From positions 821-64,820 of the forward strand of contig CAZWNO010000004.1 in NCBI GenBank assembly GCA_964635845.1: 64,000 bases of DNA, read 5' to 3'. Below the pieces are notes generated by a model. That model did no database searches and was not told the origin of the DNA. It worked only from the letters and a program-made list of their open reading frames with translations. Below, one piece after another: positions 1 through 9,900 of this stretch; the first letter of the stretch is position 1; each line of letters begins with the position of its first letter. The position numbers were made by a program, and so were the translations under genes. The DNA comes from an uncultured Chromatiales bacterium. Lineage in GTDB: Bacteria > Bacteroidota > Ignavibacteria > SZUA-365.

Positions 1-704
1 GTGGCGCCGATACCGCGGCGCACGCGTCCCGTCGTGCGCATCATCCTGCGCAGGATCTGCGCGACGTCCGCCACCTCGAAAGGCGTGCGCATGTCGGGAC
101 CCGTCACAAGCTCGATCAGCGGCATGCCGAGACGGTCGGTGTTGTAGATGCGGTTGTGTCCGCTGTCGCTGATCTCGCGGCACGAGTCCTCCTCGATGCC
201 GAGCTGTATCATCGAGATCTTCCGGTCGCCGTAGGGAATCGCGCCGTGCACGCCGCAGATCGCCGTGCGCTGGAAGCCCGTCGGAATGCTGCCGTCGAGA
301 TACTGCTTCCGCGCGATATGCACCTCGTCGACCAGCGTCAGGCCGGCGAGCATCGAAATCTCCAGCGCGATGTCGAGCGCCTCGTCGTCGAGCATGAACG
401 GCGGCGTGTCGTCCATCTCGTAGGTGCAGACGGTTTCCCTGTGGACGCGGTAGATGATGTTCTTTTTTGTCTTGAACTCCATCAGCGCGGTGCCGTCGTA
501 CTCGCCGAGTTCGGACAGGGTGGGACGCATGTGCCGGAGGATCTCGGCGTGGTACTCGTGCGAGTAGCGGCCGGCCGGACAGCGGCAGAACAGCTTGCTC
601 TTCGTCAGCAGCTGCTGATGCACTTCGAGACCGGATTTGAATCCGACGGTCGCGTAATCCTCGGACGTCATTTCCTCGAAGGGTTTGAATTCGAAATCGT
701 ACAT
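1..704 (-). CDS. Asp/Glu-tRNA amidotransferase subunit, GatB/GatE family (N-terminal ~234 aa; C-terminus runs off the window start)
   Basis: Reverse-strand translation from ATG 704..702 reads MYDFEF..GFKSGLEVHQQLLTKSKLFCRC..DDTPPF..IELVTGPDMRTPFEVADVAQILRRMMRTTGRVRRGIGA. The HQQL and R/KRGIG motifs look more like archaeal-type GatE than GatB. The listed + ORF 156..818 is its antisense shadow. Confidence 0.6.
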   Translation of the reverse strand, partial: MYDFEFKPFEEMTSEDYATVGFKSGLEVHQQLLTKSKLFCRCPAGRYSHEYHAEILRHMRPTLSELGEYDGTALMEFKTKKNIIYRVHRETVCTYEMDDTPPFMLDDEALDIALEISMLAGLTLVDEVHIARKQYLDGSIPTGFQRTAICGVHGAIPYGDRKISMIQLGIEEDSCREISDSGHNRIYNTDRLGMPLIELVTGPDMRTPFEVADVAQILRRMMRTTGRVRRGIGA

Positions 705-816
705 GGGGGTTGTCGGGATGAATGTCGAAAAAAGGTATGTCCTGACAAAATTAAGACAATGGGGTGCGGGAAACAAACAGCCGTCCTGGCGGATTCGCCG
801 CATGACGGATCGGGAT

Positions 817-868
817 GATGGAACGATGGAACGATGGAATGATGGAACGATGGAAGGATGGAAAGATG
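817..868. repeat. Tandem repeat, 8-bp unit gatggaaN, about 6.5 copies, upstream of the pirin gene
   Basis: Direct reading. Confidence 0.85.
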
Positions 869-970
869 TTTTTATGTGTGCTTCCGTTATCTTTCCTTAC
901 AATTTCCCGAGCCAACGCTTTACGTGGCCGCGGACTTTCCCGAATCCGTGCATGTCTGAAAGGAATCCCC

Positions 971-1987
971 ATGAGCGACAGAGATGTCATCAATCTTGCC
1001 CCCCTCGGCTTCCAGTGGCCGACACTCGATCCGTTTCTCTTCTGCGTGCATCATGCGGACCGCTATCCGAAGGCGAATGCGGAAATGGGACCCGCCGCGT
1101 CGCTGGCCGGCCGCGACATGGGACAGGATTTCACACCGAAGGATGGGTGGCGCATGTACCACGGCCTGCGCGTGCCGGGCTTTCCCGCGCATCCGCATCG
1201 CGGTTTCGAGACCGTGACCGTGGTGCTCGAGGGGTTCGTCGACCATTCGGACTCGCATGGCGCGGCGGGACGCTACGGCGAAGGAGATGTGCAGTGGATG
1301 ACCGCCGGGAGCGGACTCCAGCATGCGGAGATGTTCCCGCTGCTGAAAGAGGATGCGGATAATCCCCTCGAACTGTTCCAGATCTGGCTCAATCTTCCAA
1401 AGCGGAGCAAGTTCGTCGATCCGCATTACAGGATGCTCTGGTCCGAAGATATTCCCGTCCCCGAAGAGCGCGACGCGCAGGGGAGGGCGGCGCGCGTGCG
1501 CGTCATCGCCGGACGGTTCGGCGGTGTCGAAGCGCCGCCGCCCGCGCCCGACTCCTGGGCCGTCGATGAGGCGAACGCCGTCGCGATCTGGATCATCAGC
1601 CTCGATGCCGGCGCGGAGTGGACGCTGCCCGCCTCGTCCCCGGCGCTGCGCCGCATGCTCTACTTTTTCGAGGGAGAGGATCTGCAGGTCGCCGATACCG
1701 GCCTGCCGCGATATCATGCCGCGGAGGTCGCGGCTGACCGCGAAATACCTCTGCGCAACGGCTCGACTCCGTCGCGCATCCTGCTCCTACAGGGACGTCC
1801 CATCGACGAATCCGTCGCGCAATATGGTCCGTTCGTCATGAACACGCAGGGTGAAATAAGGGATGCATTCGTCGATTTCCAGAAAACACAGTTCGGCGGA
1901 TGGCCGTGGGACCGTCCCGATCCGGTTCATCCGCCCGCGAGCGGACGTTTTGCCCGCTATGCGGACGGCAGCGAGGAACACAGATAA
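971..1987 (+). CDS. Pirin family cupin protein
   Basis: HPHRGFETVTVVLEGFVDHSDSHG and the two-cupin layout are typical of pirin. The longer ORF from 815 starts inside an 8-bp tandem repeat, so the start at 971 is preferred. Confidence 0.75.
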   Translation: MSDRDVINLAPLGFQWPTLDPFLFCVHHADRYPKANAEMGPAASLAGRDMGQDFTPKDGWRMYHGLRVPGFPAHPHRGFETVTVVLEGFVDHSDSHGAAGRYGEGDVQWMTAGSGLQHAEMFPLLKEDADNPLELFQIWLNLPKRSKFVDPHYRMLWSEDIPVPEERDAQGRAARVRVIAGRFGGVEAPPPAPDSWAVDEANAVAIWIISLDAGAEWTLPASSPALRRMLYFFEGEDLQVADTGLPRYHAAEVAADREIPLRNGSTPSRILLLQGRPIDESVAQYGPFVMNTQGEIRDAFVDFQKTQFGGWPWDRPDPVHPPASGRFARYADGSEEHR

Positions 1988-1992
1988 ACAGG

Positions 1993-4509
1993 ATGCATGG
2001 CGGAGCCATGCCACGTCGCGGGCACCCGGAATACCGTATGACAGGATCGAAACACATCACGGTGAAAGAACTGGAATTCCCGAAGGGGAAGAGACGGTCG
2101 CTCATCGGCATCGTGTGCGTCGTGCTGTGCGTCATCATCGCCGCGACATACTATTACTACCTGAAGGAGAAGCAGGGACTGCTGCAGCAGGCCTCGAATG
2201 AACTCATGTCGGTGACGAGGCTGAAATCCTCCCAGCTGTCGGGTTGGTACGCGGATGAATTGCACGATATCGAGCTGTTGGCGTCGAACGAAATCGTCCT
2301 GTCGCTGTTCGAGCGGTGGAGAGCGAGCGGTGCATCGTCGGATCGCAACGCGCTGACGCATCTGCTCCGCGCACTCGGCGATGAACACGGATACACGGAT
2401 CTCTTTCTCTGTACGAGCGAGGGCTACCGCTATTACGCGGATTCCGATTCCATCCAATCCTGCAATCCGGCGCTCCTCGCGCTCGTGCCGGTCGCGCTGC
2501 GGACAACGGGGGCGGTCTCGACAGACATATACATCTGCCCGCATCACGGAGACTACCATCTCGACTTCCTGGCATCGCTGGAGATGCGAAAGCGCGACGC
2601 CGGTGTCGTGCTCGTCGGGCGTTTCGATCCGGTCCGGACGGTGTTTCCGGTCGTGGAAGAATGGCCGACGGCCAGCCCTTCGACGGAAACGCTCATCGTA
2701 CGGCGCGAGGGAGATTCGCTCCGGATCCTCAGCAATCTGCGTCACCGGTCCATCGCCCCGCTGCGCAAGACCGTCTCGATCAACGATACGGCGACGGCGA
2801 TCGTCCAGGCGGTGAACGGCCGCTTTGGATTGCGCGAGGCCGTGGACTACCGCGGCGTGAAAGTGATCGCCTACATCAGTCCGATCCCGCGGACGCCGTG
2901 GATCATGGTGTCGAAAATCGATCGCACCGAAGTGTTCGATGCTCTCTATTTCGAGATGAGTCTGATCCTGGCCCTGATGCTCGCCTGTGTCCTCGCCGTC
3001 GTCGGAGGCATGTCCTACTTCTTCAGCCAGAGGCAGAGCGATATGTATCGCGCAATGTTCGAGGAACACGGCGCGGTGAAACTGCTTCTGGATCCCGGGA
3101 CGGGAGACATCGTCGACGCGAACCATGCGGCAGCGGTCTTCTACGGGTGGAGCAGGGAAGAACTGCGGCGTATGCGCGTCCAGGACATCAACCTCCTCCC
3201 GCCTGCACGGGTTGCCGGGATACTGCGTCAGACCATCGACGAGGAACGCCTGCACAACGAATTCCGTCATCGGCGCGCCGATGGATCCGTGCGCGACGTG
3301 GAAGTCTTCGCCGGAGCGCTGCGCATCCGGGGAATGGATCTGATCTATGCGATCATTCACGATGTGACCGAGAAGAAGGAAGGAGAACGCTCGATCAAAC
3401 TGCTCGGTCGCTCCGTCGAGCAGAGCCCCGTGGCGATCATGATAACCAATCCCGAAGGCGTGATCGAATACGTGAATCCCGAGTTCACGAAGGTGACCGG
3501 CTATGCCTCCGAGGAAGCCGTCGGCCGCAGGCCGAATATTCTCAACTCGGGGTACCACCCGCGCGAGTTCTACGCGGAGTTGTGGGGGACGATCATCGCG
3601 GGCGGGGAATGGATCGGGGAATTCTGCAATAAAAGGAAGGATGGAACGCTGTTCTGGGAACGCGCCGTCATCGCCCCGGTTCTCGACGACGACGGCGTCA
3701 TCACGCATGTGATCGGTATCAAGACCGACATCACGGCGGAGAAGCAGCTCCTGTCCGAACTCGTCACCGCGAAGGAGCGGGCGGAGGAGAGCGACAGGCT
3801 CAAATCCGCGTTCCTCGCCAACATGAGTCACGAGATCCGCACGCCGATGAACACCATCGTCGGATTCGCGGACTTTCTCATCGATCCCGATCTGTCGCCC
3901 GAGGACAGGAGTGAATTCACCGCGATCATCCGCCAGCGGTCCTACGATCTCCTGACGATCATCAATGACATTCTCGACATCTCGCGCATCGAAGCCGGCG
4001 TGGTGAAGATCGTCGAGGAGGACTGCGACATCGACGGACTCCTGCAGGAACTGTATGTTTCCTTCCAGCATCTGTCGAACGGCGATGGCAGGCCTCGGGT
4101 CCGCCTGCTTTGCCACAGCGAACTGAACGCGGGGGAGAACCGCTGTGTCGTCGATGCATCCCGCCTGCGTCAGGTCATGACCAATCTTCTCTCGAATGCG
4201 TTCAAGTTCACGCATGAGGGAACGATCACCTTCGGCTGCCGCGCATGGAACAACGCGGAGTTGCTGTTCTATGTCGAGGACACCGGAATCGGCATCGAAC
4301 CGGATGCCTGCGCGTTCATCTTCGACCGTTTCCGGCAGGCCGACGATTCCCCGACGCGGCGCTACGGCGGGACGGGTCTTGGCCTCGCGATCTCGCAGGG
4401 CATCGTGACCCTGCTGGGCGGAAAGATCTGGGTGGAATCCGAAGCCGGCAGCGGCAGCACATTTCAATTCACCATCCCGAGAAAAACGCCGCCGGTCGGC
4501 ACGAATTGA
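1993..4509 (+). CDS. Membrane sensor histidine kinase with an extracytoplasmic sensor domain, two PAS domains, HisKA and HATPase_c
   Basis: A TM segment IGIVCVVLCVIIAATYYYYL is followed by PAS-like blocks, an H-box SHEIRTPMN, and G-boxes DTGIGI and GGTGLGL. The start is ambiguous among ATGs at 1993, 2011 and 2038. Confidence 0.8.
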   Translation: MHGGAMPRRGHPEYRMTGSKHITVKELEFPKGKRRSLIGIVCVVLCVIIAATYYYYLKEKQGLLQQASNELMSVTRLKSSQLSGWYADELHDIELLASNEIVLSLFERWRASGASSDRNALTHLLRALGDEHGYTDLFLCTSEGYRYYADSDSIQSCNPALLALVPVALRTTGAVSTDIYICPHHGDYHLDFLASLEMRKRDAGVVLVGRFDPVRTVFPVVEEWPTASPSTETLIVRREGDSLRILSNLRHRSIAPLRKTVSINDTATAIVQAVNGRFGLREAVDYRGVKVIAYISPIPRTPWIMVSKIDRTEVFDALYFEMSLILALMLACVLAVVGGMSYFFSQRQSDMYRAMFEEHGAVKLLLDPGTGDIVDANHAAAVFYGWSREELRRMRVQDINLLPPARVAGILRQTIDEERLHNEFRHRRADGSVRDVEVFAGALRIRGMDLIYAIIHDVTEKKEGERSIKLLGRSVEQSPVAIMITNPEGVIEYVNPEFTKVTGYASEEAVGRRPNILNSGYHPREFYAELWGTIIAGGEWIGEFCNKRKDGTLFWERAVIAPVLDDDGVITHVIGIKTDITAEKQLLSELVTAKERAEESDRLKSAFLANMSHEIRTPMNTIVGFADFLIDPDLSPEDRSEFTAIIRQRSYDLLTIINDILDISRIEAGVVKIVEEDCDIDGLLQELYVSFQHLSNGDGRPRVRLLCHSELNAGENRCVVDASRLRQVMTNLLSNAFKFTHEGTITFGCRAWNNAELLFYVEDTGIGIEPDACAFIFDRFRQADDSPTRRYGGTGLGLAISQGIVTLLGGKIWVESEAGSGSTFQFTIPRKTPPVGTN

Positions 4510-4540
4510 AAAAGGCGCCCCTCGCGGGACGCCCTTCTCA
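4510..4540 (-). terminator. Rho-independent terminator for the minus-strand gene at 4563..5873
   Basis: Imperfect GC hairpin ggcgcccctcgcgggacgcc. On the minus strand it is followed by a T-run (aaaaa on the plus strand). Confidence 0.45.
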
Positions 4541-4562
4541 CGGGAGAGCAGACAGCCGGCCC

Positions 4563-5873
4563 TTACTTCATCAGCATCATTTTCTTCGTCGCCATGCCCA
4601 GCGCGGATTCAAGGCGATAGAAATAGATTCCGGAAGGGAAATCTCCGGCGTCGAATGTCACCGCATGCGTCCCGGCCGCGGCAGTGCCTTCAGCGAGTAC
4701 ACGGACCTCGCGTCCGAGATGATCGAGGACGCTCAGACGCAATTCGGTCTCTTCCATCAGGCTGTAACGGATCTCGGTCGAGGGATTGAAGGGATTGGGG
4801 AAATTCTGCTCCAGTGTGAAACCGCTCGGCACCGATGGAGCGAATGCAATTTTGGGCGCGGCGCCGCAGGAACCGCTCACCAGGTATCCCGCCGCGACGC
4901 CGTCGTCGACGGACAGCTGTTCGATGCTGTGCCGCACGGCGATCTTGCATGCCACCGTCGTGCTGTTGCCGGAGGCATCCTCGGCGCGGATGAACACGGT
5001 GTAGACGCGTCCGTTCGCTTCGCCCTGACGCTCGCTGCGCAGCTGGACGGACTGGCAATCCGGAGCGATGACGATGTCATCCCAGGTGTCGCCGTCACCG
5101 AGATCGACCGCGTTCTCGACTTCGTCGCTCCCTGCCGATCTGATGAACACCGTGGGTGCATTGTCACAATCGTCACTCAGCGATGCGATCATCTGTGAAA
5201 GCGTAAAGGTGTGGTAGATGTGATTCGGCGTCCACATCTCGAGTCCGCTGACGGTCGTGATCACCGGGGCGGTCTCGTCAATTTTCATGAATGAAATATC
5301 GTCCATCCCGAAATCATTCCCGCCAGGTGCGAGATTCAGATCGACGATCTCGATCGTCGCCGTGGCGTTCGCTCCGGAATTCCACACGCCGGTGTACTGC
5401 GCCCAGTTGAACGTCGTGGCGGGTGCGAAATAGTTGGCGCCGACCTGCACGCCGTTCACGCGGAAGCTCAGCACCGCGCGATTGATCGCTCCGCAATGAG
5501 AATTGACCCAGGCCGACAGACGGTAGTTGGTCCCGGCGAGAACGGGAACCGTCTGCGACCACAGGACGCGATTCACCGCGACCGAGCCGTTCACCACCAT
5601 GAGCTTCCCCGCACCGCTCGTGTGATCCACGCCGCCGTAGCAATAATGGGAGACCGTCGGCGTGCTGGTGACGTCGTAGGTCCCTTCGTTCAGGATATCG
5701 TTGGGCGAATAAAAGTACTGGGAGAGGAATGCACTGTTTCCCTGTTCGAAATCGCCGTTCGTGACAAGTTCGCCGCACTGGCCGAAGGCGGGACGGGCGA
5801 GGACCAGCAGCGCCGCGGCCGCGACGAGCGCTGCCGGAATGCGGATGTGAAGACCGTTCTGTATCTGTATCAT
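4563..5873 (-). CDS. Secreted protein with a CBM4/9-like (NGDFE jelly-roll) domain and a T9SS (Por) C-terminal sorting domain
   Basis: Signal peptide MIQIQNGLHIRIPAALVAAAALLVLARPAFGQ. QCGELVTNGDFEQG motif. C-terminal FPNPFNPSTEIRYSL..GIYFYRLE..KKMMLMK has the T9SS tail pattern. Confidence 0.7.
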   Translation of the reverse strand: MIQIQNGLHIRIPAALVAAAALLVLARPAFGQCGELVTNGDFEQGNSAFLSQYFYSPNDILNEGTYDVTSTPTVSHYCYGGVDHTSGAGKLMVVNGSVAVNRVLWSQTVPVLAGTNYRLSAWVNSHCGAINRAVLSFRVNGVQVGANYFAPATTFNWAQYTGVWNSGANATATIEIVDLNLAPGGNDFGMDDISFMKIDETAPVITTVSGLEMWTPNHIYHTFTLSQMIASLSDDCDNAPTVFIRSAGSDEVENAVDLGDGDTWDDIVIAPDCQSVQLRSERQGEANGRVYTVFIRAEDASGNSTTVACKIAVRHSIEQLSVDDGVAAGYLVSGSCGAAPKIAFAPSVPSGFTLEQNFPNPFNPSTEIRYSLMEETELRLSVLDHLGREVRVLAEGTAAAGTHAVTFDAGDFPSGIYFYRLESALGMATKKMMLMK

Positions 5874-6078
5874 ACGGGGCTCCGTTGATGGGAGTATGGT
5901 TGCTCTCGTCCCGGGTATCGGGGGAAAGCCTGTTGTCGTGTGAAGGGACGGTGGATAATATACGACACGTTATATCCGAATACAACATATCCGACGGTCA
6001 GCCGCGCGTGGACGCGGCGCGCGACCGTTCCGCCTAAGCTCCGCTTTGCGGAGCGAAGGCGGATGGCTATCTTTCCGC

Positions 6079-6807
6079 ATGATTGAAATACGGAACCTGC
6101 GAAAATCCTTCAACGGCAACGACGTCCTGCGCGGTGTGGACCTGACGATTCCCACCGGCGAGACCATCGCCGTCATCGGTCAGAGCGGCTGCGGGAAGAG
6201 CGTACTGCTCAAGCATATCATCGGACTGCTCACGCCGGACGAGGGGGAGATTCTCGTCGACGGACAGAATGTGCACAGGCTGCCGTCGAAAGAACTGTAT
6301 CTCCTGCGGGGCCGCTTCGGTTTTCTGTTCCAGGGCGCGGCGCTCTTCGATTCGATGACCGTGCTCGAGAACGTGTCGCTGGGACTCGTCGAGAATTCCC
6401 CGATGACGGAAAAAGAGATCCGCGGCATCGTCGCGGAGAAGCTCGCCCTTGTCGGCCTGCCCGGGATCGAGGACAAGAAGCCGGCCGAGCTTTCCGGCGG
6501 CATGCGCAAGCGTGTCGGCCTTGCGCGCGCGCTCGCGACGAATCCCGATTACATCCTCTACGACGAACCGACGACAGGGCTCGACCCCGTCATGTCCAAC
6601 CAGATCGACGCACTCATCGCCGAAATCACGGGCAAGCTCAGCGCCACCTCGATCGTCGTCACCCACGACATGTTCAGCGTCTACAACATCGTCGACCGCG
6701 TGGCGCTGATGCACGAGGGACGCATCTATTTTTCCGGGACGCCTGCGGAGTTCCAGTCTGCGGATGACCCGGTGATTCGCGATTTTATTGAGCGGTTTGG
6801 AAAATAG
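6079..6807 (+). CDS. ABC transporter ATP-binding protein, MlaF/Ttg2A-like (copy 1)
   Basis: Walker A GQSGCGKS, signature LSGGMRKRVGLARA, Walker B ILYDEPTTGLD, H-loop VTHDM. Identical to copy 2 except for the last ~25 codons. Confidence 0.85.
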   Translation: MIEIRNLRKSFNGNDVLRGVDLTIPTGETIAVIGQSGCGKSVLLKHIIGLLTPDEGEILVDGQNVHRLPSKELYLLRGRFGFLFQGAALFDSMTVLENVSLGLVENSPMTEKEIRGIVAEKLALVGLPGIEDKKPAELSGGMRKRVGLARALATNPDYILYDEPTTGLDPVMSNQIDALIAEITGKLSATSIVVTHDMFSVYNIVDRVALMHEGRIYFSGTPAEFQSADDPVIRDFIERFGK

Positions 6808-6809
6808 GC

Positions 6810-7025
6810 TGTAGGCTTTAAGCTGTAAGCGGAAGGCAAGAAGGCAGAAGTGTAGCTTCGTTATGCCGATTGGACGCCCTGGGAGCGGCGCGCACCAGCG
6901 CGCGGTAGCCAGGTACCGCGGTGTTGATGGTGAAGGCTGGACGCAGAAGTGTCGCTTCGTCATGCCGAGTGGTCGCCCTGAGTCCGCCTGAGGCGGACGA
7001 AGGGTGACCGTATCGAGGCACGGCA
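6810..7025. repeat. Cluster of degenerate intergenic repeats (GTCATGCCG family plus an inverted copy of the 29.1 kb hexamer repeat)
   Basis: gaagtgtagcttcgttatgccgattggacgccctg and gaagtgtcgcttcgtcatgccgagtggtcgccctg are two related copies. gaccgtatcgaggcacggcag at 7005..7025 matches the 3' half of the 40-bp repeat at 10724 and 12099. Confidence 0.6.
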
Positions 7026-7083
7026 GAACTTGAGATTCCCCACGCACTCTCATCACTTCCGGCGAGTCCCGCTACCGTATCCG

Positions 7084-9672
7084 CTACCGCGCCACGGGAA
7101 GGCGCAGCAGCGACTGTCCTTCCGGGGTGATCAGCAGGACGATGTAAAGACCCGATGGCACGGGGGGAATCGTGATCGCGAGTTGATGGACTCCGGAGTC
7201 CATTGTCCCGAATTCAGTCCTGCCGAGTTCCCGACCGAGCATGTCGAACAGGACTGCGCGCAGCGGCATGCGGTGTGCGAGTTCGACGGCCAATGTCGCC
7301 GATGTCGCTGCGGGAACGGGATACACCGCATGGATGCGCAGCGCCGTCGGGAGCGGAGCGGCAGACACGATGCCGGTCGGCAGTTTTCCCGATCCGTACA
7401 GGTAAATCTTCAATTCCGGATGCATCGGGTCGTTTGTCGCGAAGAGCAGGTAGGTATGGAAATATCCGGTGGATCGCGGAGAAAACCGGATCCAGAGGGG
7501 CTGCGGTTCGAATGGTTTGATCTCCTTTGGGAACGGTTCCTCGATCGCGAAGTGCACGCTGTCCGCGCCGTCGAAGCGCGGCGATCCGAGCCGCATGATT
7601 GTCCCGCCCGCATTGATGGGAAAGTACCCCCGCACCTGGGAGTCCCCGACGGCGACCGCGTCGAACGGCAGTGATCCGTATGCCGGCTGGAGCACCGGCC
7701 ACGGCGGCCAGCCGACGGACGCGCGCAATGCGGTGCGTGTTGGCGTAACGCTGACGGCATCATGGTCGATCAGCATCGTGGCGGAAAGACCTGCCGTGCT
7801 TGAAAACACGCATCGCAAGGTGAGTGAATCCATCCCGTGCGCCGGAAGCTCGGCGGCCGGTGCGCGAAGAAGCTGGAACAGCTCCGCATCGGGTCCTTCG
7901 ATTGTCACGGACCGGATGCGCAGCGGCGCGGCGTTCGGATTCTCTATCAGGAGTGTCGTATCCGATATTATTTCCGCACCGATGTATCCGAAATCCACGA
8001 GCCCGGGAATCCGCGGCGGCAGATCTTCATCCGCCGGCGCGGTGAAGCAGCGCACGCTCACTTCGCGGATGTACCCTGACGGCGGTGCGGTCGACTCGAT
8101 GAGCAGCCGTCCGAATTGCGTCCCCGCCTGTTGTCCGCCCTGTTCCAGAAGGAGCACGGCATTGCTCCGCGCGGGGATCAGCCGGGGGATCGGGGGAACG
8201 ATGCGCAGCACATCGGTGTCGAAATCGGGGAGTTCGATCGAGTGAATATCCAGCGGTCTCCCGCCGGTGTTGCGCAGCACGACCGCATGCGTTGTCGGAG
8301 TTCCCTCCCGCGTGTCGCACATGACCGCATCCTGCACGCTCAGTTCAGGCTGCAGCTGGCGGGTGTTCCGGATCGCGCCCGAGGCGATGATCGCATGCAG
8401 GCAGCCGTCTGTGAATACCGCATTCGTCAGCCGCGCATCGCAGCTGTCGTTCAGGCTGAGGTTCCACGCGTCGAAGAGGAGCAGCCCGACAGTATCGGTT
8501 GTCAGAAATGCGGGCGCGAGACTCGTCCACTGGAGTGAGGTCTGTCCGGGGATGAAAGTCATCGGCGCGTCCGGGCGAAGCGCCGCGGACGAGGTAGTGT
8601 CCAGACCGATGAAGCGGATGGTGCCGTTCCCGAACTCGATCGAGCAGGTGAACGGGGGCAGCGAATCCCGCGGGAAGGCGCGGTCGGTCAGCAGCGGCAG
8701 GCGCGCCCGCCCGTCCTCGCCGACCTCCGCCACGCCGAGCGCGAAGCGCACCGGGGTGAGCTGCGTCGAATCGTAGCGGGACCGATAGGTCCTCGCCACG
8801 GAAAGGGTGTCGTTGCAGACATCGGAGAACAGCAGCCGTGATGTCCGCAGCAAGCCCCTGGGACATGGTTCCGGCATCGCGTACACGGCGGAACACTCGT
8901 TGAACCGCTCCGTCGCGAGGCGGAGCGCTTCCTCCATGATCGAGGTCAGCTGAGTGGGATAAATGGTCTGGAAGTATTTTCCGCCCGTGAGCATGGCGAG
9001 CATTTCCATATCCGAATTCGGAGTGGAACTCCCCAGCGAGATGGCGACGATGCGGATGTGTTCCTTCTGTGCGAGCGCGATGATCTCGGCGACGGTTCTC
9101 GAGGAACTTCCATCCATTCCGTCTGTGAGGCACACGAGCGTGCGGGCGTTGCCGGACGCCGAGCTGGCGATCTCGATCAGCGCCGTGTAGATGCCGTCGT
9201 AGAGGGACGTGAAGCCGCTCGGTTCCAAGGCATCGACGGCGGCGTGCAGCTTCGCGGCTTCGTTCGTCAGCTTCTGGGCCACCGTCACGTCGGTCGAGAA
9301 CCAGACCACCGCCGCCTCGTCCGTCGTCCATACCATCCGATCGATGAGCGCATGCATCGCCTCCCGCAGACCCCGTATCCCGTAGCCGGTCATGCTGCCG
9401 CTGTGGTCGAGCGCGAAGCCCATCGTGACCGGGTAACGCAGTCCGGGCTCGGGACAGAACAGGTCGAACCGCGCGACATCGACGGAATCGTTTTCGATGA
9501 TGCGAAGCCGGTCTTTCGTAACTCCGACGATGCTGCCGTCACAGGCGAGTGACCAGTAATATTCCACGTCCGGGTGGAGGTACGCGATGCGCGCCGATCG
9601 CAACTCGGGCTGCGCGGCCGCCGGATAGGCGAGGATGGTCAAAAGGATGAAGGTAAAAAGCCGCGCGATCAT
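7084..9672 (-). CDS. Large secreted von Willebrand factor A (vWA, MIDAS DxSxS) domain protein with a T9SS C-terminal sorting domain
   Basis: Signal peptide MIARLFTFILLTILAYPAAAQ (the ORF could extend to 9735). MIDAS motif FALDHSGSM. C-terminal GLYIVLLITPEGQSLLRLPVAR has the T9SS tail pattern. Confidence 0.7.
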   Translation of the reverse strand: MIARLFTFILLTILAYPAAAQPELRSARIAYLHPDVEYYWSLACDGSIVGVTKDRLRIIENDSVDVARFDLFCPEPGLRYPVTMGFALDHSGSMTGYGIRGLREAMHALIDRMVWTTDEAAVVWFSTDVTVAQKLTNEAAKLHAAVDALEPSGFTSLYDGIYTALIEIASSASGNARTLVCLTDGMDGSSSRTVAEIIALAQKEHIRIVAISLGSSTPNSDMEMLAMLTGGKYFQTIYPTQLTSIMEEALRLATERFNECSAVYAMPEPCPRGLLRTSRLLFSDVCNDTLSVARTYRSRYDSTQLTPVRFALGVAEVGEDGRARLPLLTDRAFPRDSLPPFTCSIEFGNGTIRFIGLDTTSSAALRPDAPMTFIPGQTSLQWTSLAPAFLTTDTVGLLLFDAWNLSLNDSCDARLTNAVFTDGCLHAIIASGAIRNTRQLQPELSVQDAVMCDTREGTPTTHAVVLRNTGGRPLDIHSIELPDFDTDVLRIVPPIPRLIPARSNAVLLLEQGGQQAGTQFGRLLIESTAPPSGYIREVSVRCFTAPADEDLPPRIPGLVDFGYIGAEIISDTTLLIENPNAAPLRIRSVTIEGPDAELFQLLRAPAAELPAHGMDSLTLRCVFSSTAGLSATMLIDHDAVSVTPTRTALRASVGWPPWPVLQPAYGSLPFDAVAVGDSQVRGYFPINAGGTIMRLGSPRFDGADSVHFAIEEPFPKEIKPFEPQPLWIRFSPRSTGYFHTYLLFATNDPMHPELKIYLYGSGKLPTGIVSAAPLPTALRIHAVYPVPAATSATLAVELAHRMPLRAVLFDMLGRELGRTEFGTMDSGVHQLAITIPPVPSGLYIVLLITPEGQSLLRLPVAR

Positions 9673-9900
9673 GACATTCGAATCGGATGCCAGGTGCTGC
9701 ATGTTCCGCAAGCGGGGACAATCCTGTTTTTTCACGGTGGAGTCTCTGGAGAGTGACGGTAAAGGATCAAACTCTCCGGATTAACCCGAATGACGAGGGA
9801 AAGTTACATTCGAGACGGCATGCAGGCGGGGCCTCCGTGCCGGGAGTGCGTCCGCCCGGGTTCCGCTTTGCGGAGCGAAGGCGGATGGCTATCTTTCCGC

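Noticed and set aside
156-818. 220-aa + strand ORF at the window start
   Set aside because: It is the antisense shadow of the GatB/GatE-like gene on the minus strand. It has no motifs and an Arg/Val-rich composition typical of mirror ORFs in high-GC DNA.
1957-4467. 836-aa minus-strand ORF opposite the histidine kinase, together with similar long antisense ORFs (10725..11702, 12511..13521, 13852..14775, 20780..22033, 29768..32044, 31626..32756, 44989..46683, 57073..60612)
   Set aside because: The coding strand is established by clear homology on the opposite strand (HisKA/HATPase, UvrD, BshA, TPR, PyrK, ArgF'/ArgB, HYR adhesin). The antisense frames are Arg/Ala/Gly-rich with no motifs, which is expected in 65% GC DNA.
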